DNA of 64,000 bases from Paraphysomonas bandaiensis. Taxonomy: Eukaryota; Protista; Chrysophyceae. The stretch is taken from the NCBI GenBank assembly GCA_965644295.1, contig CBFFRP010000169.1:124001-188000 (forward strand), read 5' to 3'. How positions within the stretch are numbered: the stretch's first letter is position 1; each line of letters starts with the position of its first letter. This document shows positions 50,881 to 60,201 of the stretch, piece after piece. A program made the position numbers and the translations under genes. The notes below the pieces were generated by a model. The model was not told the origin of the DNA, ran no database searches, and was given only the letters and a program-made list of their open reading frames with translations.

Positions 50881-50992
50881 TGAAAGTCTTATTATTTATT
50901 TAGCAATAGGCGTTAAGAATCTGCACCAATGTAGTTGCTAGTTGAATGCTAGACAGACTATTTAGACCTCTACCCATAACGAATCAGTATAG
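50881..50992 (-). repeat. Terminal fragment of the Copia LTR family (duplicated at 63664-63775)
   Basis: tgaaagtcttatt...gcaataggcgttaa...gaatgctagacagactatttagacctctaccc. Confidence 0.8.
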
Positions 50993-51009
50993 ATTTTCTA
51001 TTCATCAGC

Positions 51010-51272
51010 TATATGATGACTCTATGTGTGGTATACAATGTTGACGTTCACAATGTGCTCCGTAGAGTACGCTGGACTATACGAGTGTTATATAAGGTGT
51101 GTATGTACACTGTGTGCTCTTCATACAACACGCAGAACACTCTGTATATGTGTTATATGATGTGCACGTTCACTCTATGTGCACCGTTTAGTACACACTG
51201 GCTATATATGTGCTTTATGATGTGTGTTCGCTCTACACTCTATGTCCTCCGTTCAGTTCACCAGGCCTATAC
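51010..51272. repeat. Degenerate minisatellite, about 4 copies of a ~60-bp unit
   Basis: Recurring tatatgtg(t/c)t(a/t)tatgatgtg...cactctatgt(g/c)c(a/t)ccgtt..agt.cac...ggc. Confidence 0.55.
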
Positions 51273-51684
51273 ATGAGATGAGTCTATTTTACTGTCAAGA
51301 ATTTTTTCTCAGTCATAAAATAGCTAGGAGGCGTCATTGTACAACACTCAATAGAGGGGGAGTGTTGAGATCTGAAGATTCTATATGCTTGCCATTGAGT
51401 GCAGTATTATATGTGAGATGCAAGGATCGAAAGATATAATATATATGTAATTAGGTAATTAGTATATTACATATTGTAGTATGAAACTGAAGTATAAGTT
51501 GGTGACTATACAGGATACGACTACTGAGGGTGTGGTTCGTACATTATAGAAGTAAATGATTGGTGTTGAACACACACCAAATTCAACTTAGGTTCTTTAT
51601 CATGTAATGTTATGATTTCAATCTTATAAAATTGAGAACAACCAATCAACCTTGCTTAGCAAATAATGTCAACTTCTGTTGTTA

Positions 51685-52133
51685 CTCAGTGTGTACAAGT
51701 TTCATATCCCCTCTATTATCTACGGTTTACTGATTATTTCATTGAGGGGGCGTATTAGGATTCATCTTAATATAAGATAGTATATGTGAAATATAATGTT
51801 CAATGAAATATATCATATTAGAATTGATCTTTATAATAGTAAAACAATGTTGTGATTATTAGAGTGTAAGTAATGAACACGATAGAGTGAAAATTATGAA
51901 TAACAATATAGAACGGAATAGTTAGAAGTGTAACTGATAATGACGACGTTATGATGACGATCACGTATCTTCGACAGATACTCTCTCTAATTCAGTAGTT
52001 CATGGTATATTTCATTGAACATTATAACTCACAGATACAATCATGTATTAAGCTGAATCCTAATACGCCCCTCAATGAAATAATCAGTGAACCGTAGATA
52101 ATAGAGAGAATATGAACTTATACACACTGAGAG
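51685..52133. mobile_element. MITE with ~130-bp imperfect TIRs, flanked by TA
   Basis: Left end ctcagtgtgtacaagtttcatat...attatctacggtttactgattatttcattgagggggcgtattaggattca is inverted at tgaatcctaatacgcccctcaatgaaataatcagtgaaccgtagataat...tacacactgagag. TA at 51683-84 and 52134-35. Confidence 0.82.
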
Positions 52134-53521
52134 TAAAAACCAGAGTAGCAGTCACTAGTCAATAATAAACGAACTGCAGAGATGCCATATTGTGAGACCA
52201 TCCTTCTAGTCCAGCATCATGTAATGTATTGAATAAAAGTAAAAAAAATGGTAAAAACTCCGTGTAACTCAAACTAGCCATAGTGAAAGTCTTTTATTTA
52301 GCAATAGGCGTTGAAGGCCTGCACCGATTTAGTAGCTAGATGAATGCTAGTCAACCTAGTTAGACCTCTACCCGTAACTAACCAGTACAAACTCTTTTAT
52401 CCTACTATTTAACGCTACGAAAGCTGCTTGTGCGTCGCCGCAAGCACCAAGGTGCAACCACTTCCGTTCTGAGTTCTTTAAGGTGAACATCCCGGATGCT
52501 TGACTTTAGCAGGCAGCCAATACCCCGGTTACCCTTCAGATGGGCCCTGTCCCGGATGCCCTTGAGGTGGGCCCATTTCCGGATGCCTGTTTATTCGTCA
52601 GGGCCCAAAGACGTCTACACAAGTGACACTTATTGGTGTCCCTTGTACCACACAAGCATTCGGCTATGAGTTGGCAGAACAATATCTGCTGTCTAAGTTT
52701 GCGGCTCACGTTAGTTTCCCAGAGAGAATCTCTCCGGTACTTATCCCCCAGAACACCACGAAAAGGTGCGAGTCCGACTTTGTTGATGGCAAACTAGCCA
52801 CCTAGGTCGCTTGTGGCTTGGTAATTGTGGTTTAGGTGTCTCTGAGGTTGTTGATCGCTTTCTGTTGCTACTGTATGAGATGTCGAACCCAGCTCCCCCC
52901 ATCAATGTAGTTCGCAATGTGCGGGAGTTATTTGCTTCTAGTGGTTTTGTAAGGAGGTCGGCTAACATTGACTTTGTGGATATATGATCCACAGTCAAAA
53001 TGTTCTCCGCAATGTGTTCACGGGTGAAGTGGTATCGAATCGCGATATGTTTTGTACGTAGATGATGAGTAGGATTGTAACATAATTGGACTGCACCTTT
53101 ATTATCGCACCAAATAGTTGTTGAGAATGGAAGTTTGAAACCAATTTCTGATAATAAAGAGCGTAGCCATAATGCTTCCTGAGCTGCTGACGATAAAGCC
53201 ATATATACTCAGCTTCAGTAGATGACAATGCCACAGTTGTCTGTAATCGAGATTGCCATGATATAAGACAATTACCTATGAAGAATGTAAAAGCTGTGGT
53301 GGACCGTTGAAACTTTTCTGTGTCCCAATTGAATCACAAGCCGTGATCCAAAGCAAGTGCACTGAGAAAAGTTATGTGTCTTGTCTGTGACTTAAACTTA
53401 ACTAAATAGTACCCGCCAGTGGGCTGCGGTACTGTCCAGGCACAACAACGGGTGCACTGCCAGAAACAAACACAAGCCGTGAATGTTCTTTGATATAATT
53501 AATTTTACGTCAGATAGACAA

Positions 53522-56500
53522 TGTGGGCTTGCATACATATGTGTATGTGTGCAAAGCAATACCCAAGTACAGAAGTACAAAAAAATGATTATTATCGTAT
53601 AATGAATCATGAATAATACTGTCTACAATATCAACGGCTAATAATACTGTCTACAATATCAACGGCTAATAATACTGTCTACAATATCAACGGCTATTGC
53701 TAATCCCAACAATCACATTCCCTACAGTTTGTATTCCTAACTACATGGTACACGTATACAATACAGTACTGTACTACTAATCATATAATACAGGACATGT
53801 ACACGTATATATTCTATATGTAAGTGGATAGTCCTACACTACCTCCCCTTATAATTGATGTGTTAATGTGTTATATTGACACTCAATTCTGTAAACTTTG
53901 TTATTAATCTTCTTCATCAGAAGAATAAACCACATTTCGAGGTAGTAAATTTCTTACATTTTCATCAGGATGTTGAGTTAGGAAATTTTGTAGAGCATAC
54001 GTTTTTCTAACGTTAGCCCATGGTTCCCATGTAGGTTTTTCATACCCTATCCAATGTACTAGAAATTTTATTTGACTTTTCGGACCTTTAGCTCGACCTT
54101 TTATTTTTGAAATATGGTCAATAGCATAAAAGTTTCCACCATCTTTACATGCCACTTGTAAGGGGTCAATAGTAGAGGGATCGTAATTAAATTCCCTTAA
54201 TTTCTTTATATGATAGTCTTTATTACGTTTAGTAACAATATCTTGAAGAGTATATTTGTCTCCAATAACATTGACTACTCGCATTGGACCTTTAAGATAT
54301 GGTAATAACTTACTTGCCGGTCCAGGACGTAAAGCATTTTGTCTATGCTCAACTAACACATAAGAATTTATTGGAAATTCTTTTGTTTGTATATTTGGTG
54401 CAGTTGCCATGTGGATTTCATCATGTTTGCGAAGATTTCGTCTTGCAACATCCATAATAGTGGACTGAACCTTTTGTATTCTATCTATCCAATGTGATAG
54501 CTTTTGTTCGTTCCCGTCCAAGTTCTCATTGTGTTCAATGAATAAACTCTTATCTAAATCTACTGCATTCCCAAATAGAATACTAGCGGGAGTAACGCCG
54601 GTGCTTCTATGTTTAGAAGAATTCATAATTCTTTGTACTAAAGGTAGATACATTGACCAATTATTTAGTACATTTTTATCAAATATAATATTTCTTAAGT
54701 GCCTTAAAATTTCTTTATTAGCACGTTCCACTATAGCATTTTCTTCTTTAGAATACGCCATCGAAAATGATTGATTACTTCCAACCATTTCTATCAATGA
54801 TTTTGTTAAATCATCCACAAATGCTGGTCCAAGATCCGAATGAATCTCAATAGGTGCTCCATATCTACCCAGGTGTTGAAGCAATCCCTTTGCCGCCGCC
54901 ATGGCAGTGAGATTCTTAGTAGGGATTAATTCTACCCACCTAGAAAAAGAATCGATAATCACTAATATATTAGTGTATCCATCCTCATCTGGATGCAGAC
55001 TCTGAATAAAATCCACTGCTATTCTTTGCATCGGGCCATATGTTGAGACAGTAAAGGGATGAGCATTAATTATTGGTTTAATTCTACTCATCTTTTGACA
55101 ACAAGGACAAGTTTTAATAAATTTTGTCACATGTGCCCCTTGCTTTGACCATTTATGACCATTGTCTCGTAATTTTTGTATTGTACGATCAATACCATGA
55201 TGACCTGTAACATTGTTATGAAATCTTTTAATAATTTCCCATTCCTTGTTTGGAACTTTAATATCGGGAATTAGGGAAGCACATTTTGTTTCCATTTTAG
55301 ATTCTAATGCACATAGTCTACTAAATGCATCAGCAACAACATTATCAGATCCTTTAATATCACATAGATCATAATCATATGCTTGGAAACATTTCAACCA
55401 TCGCTGAACTTTCTTATCCTTAGCGTAATCAGTTCTCAACTGAGTAATATTTTTATGATCTGTTTTGATCGTAAAGTATCTATACCTTAATAGGTAGTCC
55501 CATTTATCTAAGGCATAGTATATAGCATATCCTTCTTTCTGAGGTGTATCCCAATTCATCATTCTTTCATCGAATGTTTTACTGAGAAATCCTATTGGAC
55601 GTTCTACACCATCTACTACTTGGTAGAGGTATGCTCCTATTCCATAATCAGATGCATCGGTCAATAAATATATTGGTGACTCGTCATCAATGAAAAATAA
55701 TGTTGGACATTCATGGATCATCAATTTGATCTTTTCAAATGCTTCATTGGCATCCTCTGTCCATTGTAGACGTTTACGTCTATGATAGTTGAGAAGCATT
55801 TTATTTAACGGTCTCACCACTAAGGAGTGGTTGTGCACGTGATCCCGAAAATAATTTGCCAATCCGAGGAAAGATTTTAGACCCTTCATAGTTTCAGGCT
55901 TTGGGAAATTTAATACACTATCCAGACGTTCTCTAGTAAAGTGTAACCCTTCCTCATTTAGAGTATGTCCTACATATTGTACTTCGGACTCTCCTATTTT
56001 CACTTTCTCAGGATTAATGTAAACATTGTATTTCCTGAAGCGTTCTAGAACTTTAACGTAATTTTCAATTAGTTCATCTTCTGTAGAAGCATATATAATC
56101 AGGTCATCTAGATATAATTCACATATGAACATAATCAACCCGGCAAGCACAATTGTTGTTAATACTCGTTGAAAGTATGATGGAGCACCACTCAAACCCA
56201 TGGGTAGTCGGAGCCATTCGAATACTCCCCAGAAGGTTATAAATGCCGTCCACTTTCTCGAGTACTCTGAAATTTTAGCCTGGTAATAACCAGATACTAA
56301 ATCCAGAATTATGAAGTATTTGGGTTTCTTAGACCCAATACGTTCTAACATTTCTTTGATGTTAGGTATTGGCCAACGTTCCCTCTGTGTGTGCTTGTTT
56401 AGACCTTTATAGTCTACACAGAATCGCCATTTATCATTTGGTTTGGGAACTAATAATACCTGGCTATAATAAGGAGCCGTACTTGGTTGTATTATTCCAT

Positions 56501-59102
56501 GCTCCACAAATGTATCGATTTGCTTTTTACAAGCATACTGTCGTACTCGATCCATCTTTCGTGGCGGACCACAATGTTTTGGTTGTTCCCAAGCATCCCT
56601 ATCTACCTCTAATTCAAAAGGTGGAACATCCATTGGCATATCCGACACTGTGGTTCTAAATCTATCCTTATAGATTTCATGGATTTCTCTCACCCTCCTT
56701 TGTAAAGATTCGGGACCAGAGATTTTAGTTGGTAACGTAGTACCTTCTACTTTTTCCTGAGTATTTGTAACTATTTCTTCTGGGATTGACTCCAGATAGT
56801 TATCTCTAATCTCGCCTATATCTTCCTTTTCATATGCACTTATACGCATGGATGATATTGGAGGTGAATACATAGTACTAACCAAGCTATTACTTGTAAG
56901 TAAATTATTATTATAACTAAGGTGTTCCTTAGCTTGGCGCCTTAATGTTTCCATGTTATTATAACATGTGGCTCTCTCACTAATATGTTCCGAGAGAAGC
57001 TGAGTCTTCTCAGCATGGCCCGCGGCCGTAGCTAGCATTTTCCCTGCTAACTCTCTTTCCATAAAGTGAGATGGAAAATGATCAACTAATCTATATTTCT
57101 TGATAGTTTCTCTACCAATTATGATATCAAAGGTGCTATCTATTATCAAACATTGCAACTCAATATCAAGAGTATTGTTATACTCATCAGTTAATCTTAT
57201 AGTTATTATCATATATTGCTTGCTACTACAACAAGCATTATCAAGCGCACTACAAATTTTAATGTTACACTCGTGCAATGGAATTCTATACCTAGCAACT
57301 AACATATCAGCAAGTTCTTGGTTAATGAAATTATTCCCAGTAGCCCCCGTGTCCAATAAGGCTTTAGCTCTTAGATTTTCCTTTACCTGTTGTACATTGA
57401 CATCAGCTTTAGGATATACAAAGACATCGAGCATATCATTATTCATGTCAATAGCATTTATATATAAACACTTAGGGCATGATAACTTACTTGTTTTCGA
57501 TCTTGGAGGACCATCAGGATTCTCCACATAAGGGCAGGTACTCCAACCCATAACCGCATATTTTTTGCCCTGTGTGGAATCTTTCCATGGCTTCTTTTCA
57601 TGGTTAGCCCATGCACAGGTTTTGCGGGTGCAGTCACCTTTATGAAGATTACCGCATATCCAACATGCTTCCTTAGTATCAGTTGTTGCTTTAGTACTTG
57701 AGGATGAGCTGGAGGATGAAGTTTTTGTATTCTTAGTCTTGTTAGACTTAGATGTTTCTTTGGAATCCAATTTAGTTTCCATCCTCTTTACTTTTCTCAC
57801 AGCTTGACTATAGTCATTGTTAAGCTCTCGCACCTTTCTACAGAATGCTCCGAAATCTTTTGGTGCAGATTGACCTTGGCCTATATCCGCTATAAATTTC
57901 TCTTTGGCATCCTTTCTGAAGGAATGTCCGCCCACAAGTTTAATGTTTTTCTTGAGGGTTTTGACTATGGTATCCGAGGCTACCTCTGTGAGACTTGCCT
58001 CCGGAATGAGCTTATAAAGCTCATTCAGACGTCCATATTCTTTTAAGAATACTTTAGGAACATGAATATCCACCTTAACCTTTGGTCCAATGATATTATC
58101 TATGAACCTAGGAAGAGGCTCCAATGTATCAGAGTATCGCTCCTCTTCCTCTAGAAAGGCTTGCTTTAACCACTGAATCAATTCCTCAGTAGTTACAATG
58201 TTTGGATCTAGCCAGTCCTCGTCAGACTCATCTCCAAAATCCTGCTGTCGCTGAAACTGAAGCATATCACGCACTGTTGGTGCCATGATTTCTGACCTTA
58301 TGAATTTTGTCCCTTTAGGATCTCTTTTCGAGAGATTTTCACAAAATTCGATGATATCCTCATCTTGCACACTACCTAAGTAGGGAATAGAGTCGGTATT
58401 GATTACTTCATGTGGAGTGGATTCCGTCGCAATGACTTCATTCAAGTCAATGCGCTCACTCCTGTTGGGGTGCGGATCTCCACTCCTTTGCTTCTTTCTC
58501 TTTGGTTGAGAAGAAGAGAGCTCACGAAATGATACTCCACTCAATTCTCCTTCAGCCTCTACTGATGTCTCAGTTTGAGGAGAAGATTGCATTTGAGATG
58601 ATGTTGTTGCATCTCTTGCTCGTTTTCGAGAGGATTCTCTCTCTCTTTTCGTCTTTTTAGACGAAGAACCCGAAGCAGCTAACAATTCCTCTATTTGAGG
58701 AGCTGCTTTTATTTTGCTTCTCTTACTTTCCCCCATAATATTGTTATATCACAGAGATTGAGTACTACTTATTAAGTAATATTACTGTGGGCTTGCATAC
58801 ATATGTGTATGTGTGCAAAGCAATACCCAAGTACAGAAGTACAAAAAAATGATTATTATCGTATAATGAATCATGAATAATACTGTCTACAATATCAACG
58901 GCTAATAATACTGTCTACAATATCAACGGCTAATAATACTGTCTACAATATCAACGGCTATTGCTAATCCCAACAATCACATTCCCTACAGTTTGTATTC
59001 CTAACTACATGGTACACGTATACAATACAGTACTGTACTACTAATCATATAATACAGGACATGTACACGTATATATTCTATATGTAAGTGGATAGTCCTA
59101 CA
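53522..59102 (-). mobile_element. Intact Ty3/Gypsy chromovirus LTR retrotransposon
   Basis: 317-bp LTRs at 53522-53838 and 58786-59102 (TG..CA, apparently identical). TSD ACAA; the empty site atagACAAgaagag is seen in sister units. PPT AAGGGGAGGTAG at 53850-53839. Confidence 0.97.
53904..58736 (-). CDS. Gag-Pol polyprotein (1610 aa): Gag with Zn knuckle, protease, RT, RNase H, integrase, chromodomain
   Basis: CWICGNLHKGDC; LLDTGA; WRFCVDY and YLDD; TDASDYGIGA; HH..CPCC with AVDF/SDLG/VERAN; GPM; FLVHWIGYEKPTWEPWANV. Order PR-RT-RH-IN-CHD. Confidence 0.97.
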   Translation of the reverse strand: MGESKRSKIKAAPQIEELLAASGSSSKKTKRERESSRKRARDATTSSQMQSSPQTETSVEAEGELSGVSFRELSSSQPKRKKQRSGDPHPNRSERIDLNEVIATESTPHEVINTDSIPYLGSVQDEDIIEFCENLSKRDPKGTKFIRSEIMAPTVRDMLQFQRQQDFGDESDEDWLDPNIVTTEELIQWLKQAFLEEEERYSDTLEPLPRFIDNIIGPKVKVDIHVPKVFLKEYGRLNELYKLIPEASLTEVASDTIVKTLKKNIKLVGGHSFRKDAKEKFIADIGQGQSAPKDFGAFCRKVRELNNDYSQAVRKVKRMETKLDSKETSKSNKTKNTKTSSSSSSSSTKATTDTKEACWICGNLHKGDCTRKTCAWANHEKKPWKDSTQGKKYAVMGWSTCPYVENPDGPPRSKTSKLSCPKCLYINAIDMNNDMLDVFVYPKADVNVQQVKENLRAKALLDTGATGNNFINQELADMLVARYRIPLHECNIKICSALDNACCSSKQYMIITIRLTDEYNNTLDIELQCLIIDSTFDIIIGRETIKKYRLVDHFPSHFMERELAGKMLATAAGHAEKTQLLSEHISERATCYNNMETLRRQAKEHLSYNNNLLTSNSLVSTMYSPPISSMRISAYEKEDIGEIRDNYLESIPEEIVTNTQEKVEGTTLPTKISGPESLQRRVREIHEIYKDRFRTTVSDMPMDVPPFELEVDRDAWEQPKHCGPPRKMDRVRQYACKKQIDTFVEHGIIQPSTAPYYSQVLLVPKPNDKWRFCVDYKGLNKHTQRERWPIPNIKEMLERIGSKKPKYFIILDLVSGYYQAKISEYSRKWTAFITFWGVFEWLRLPMGLSGAPSYFQRVLTTIVLAGLIMFICELYLDDLIIYASTEDELIENYVKVLERFRKYNVYINPEKVKIGESEVQYVGHTLNEEGLHFTRERLDSVLNFPKPETMKGLKSFLGLANYFRDHVHNHSLVVRPLNKMLLNYHRRKRLQWTEDANEAFEKIKLMIHECPTLFFIDDESPIYLLTDASDYGIGAYLYQVVDGVERPIGFLSKTFDERMMNWDTPQKEGYAIYYALDKWDYLLRYRYFTIKTDHKNITQLRTDYAKDKKVQRWLKCFQAYDYDLCDIKGSDNVVADAFSRLCALESKMETKCASLIPDIKVPNKEWEIIKRFHNNVTGHHGIDRTIQKLRDNGHKWSKQGAHVTKFIKTCPCCQKMSRIKPIINAHPFTVSTYGPMQRIAVDFIQSLHPDEDGYTNILVIIDSFSRWVELIPTKNLTAMAAAKGLLQHLGRYGAPIEIHSDLGPAFVDDLTKSLIEMVGSNQSFSMAYSKEENAIVERANKEILRHLRNIIFDKNVLNNWSMYLPLVQRIMNSSKHRSTGVTPASILFGNAVDLDKSLFIEHNENLDGNEQKLSHWIDRIQKVQSTIMDVARRNLRKHDEIHMATAPNIQTKEFPINSYVLVEHRQNALRPGPASKLLPYLKGPMRVVNVIGDKYTLQDIVTKRNKDYHIKKLREFNYDPSTIDPLQVACKDGGNFYAIDHISKIKGRAKGPKSQIKFLVHWIGYEKPTWEPWANVRKTYALQNFLTQHPDENVRNLLPRNVVYSSDEED

Positions 59103-60201
59103 ACAAGAAGAGAACAAACATTCAATCTCTCTATGTCGCTACACAACACTACAACACTACCCTTCAGATGGGCCCTGTCCCGGATGCCCTTGAGGTGGGC
59201 CCATTTCCGGATGCCTGTTTATTCGTCAGGGCCCAAAGACGTCTACACAAGTGACACTTATTGGTGTCCCTTGTACCACACAAGCATTCGGCTATGAGTT
59301 GGCAGAACAATATCTGCTGTCTAAGTTTGCGGCTCACGTTAGTTTCCCAGAGAGAATCTCTCCGGTACTTATCCCCCAGAACACCACGAAAAGGTGCGAG
59401 TCCGACTTTGTTGATGGCAAACTAGCCACCTAGGTCGCTTGTGGCTTGGTAATTGTGGTTTAGGTGTCTCTGAGGTTGTTGATCGCTTTCTGTTGCTACT
59501 GTATGAGATGTCGAACCCAGCTCCCCCCATCAATGTAGTTCGCAATGTGCGGGAGTTATTTGCTTCTAGTGGTTTTGTAAGGAGGTCGGCTAACATTGAC
59601 TTTGTGGATATATGATCCACAGTCAAAATGTTCTCCGCAATGTGTTCACGGGTGAAGTGGTATCGAATCGCGATATGTTTTGTACGTAGATGATGAGTAG
59701 GATTGTAACATAATTGGACTGCACCTTTATTATCGCACCAAATAGTTGTTGAGAATGGAAGTTTGAAACCAATTTCTGATAATAAAGAGCGTAGCCATAA
59801 TGCTTCCTGAGCTGCTGACGATAAAGCCATATACTCAGCTTCAGTAGATGACAATGCCACAGTTGTCTGTAATCGAGATTGCCATGATATAAGACAATTA
59901 CCTATGAAGAATGTAAAAGCTGTGGTGGACCGTTGAAACTTTTCTGTGTCCCAATTGAATCACAAGCCGTGATCCAAAGCAAGTGCACTGAGAAAAGTTA
60001 TGTGTCTTGTCTGTGACTTAAACTTAACTAAATAGTACCCGCCAGTGGGCTGCGGTACTGTCCAGGCACAACAACGGGTGCACTGCCAGAAACAAACACA
60101 AGCCGTGAATGTTCTTTGATATAATTAATTTTACGTCAGATAGACAAGAAGAGAACAAACATTCAATCTCTCTATGTCGCTACACAACACTACAACACTA
60201 C

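Noticed and set aside
53613-53697. 28-bp direct repeats as a CRISPR array
   Set aside because: The repeats are contiguous with no spacers, lie inside LTRs of a eukaryotic retroelement, and there are no cas genes.
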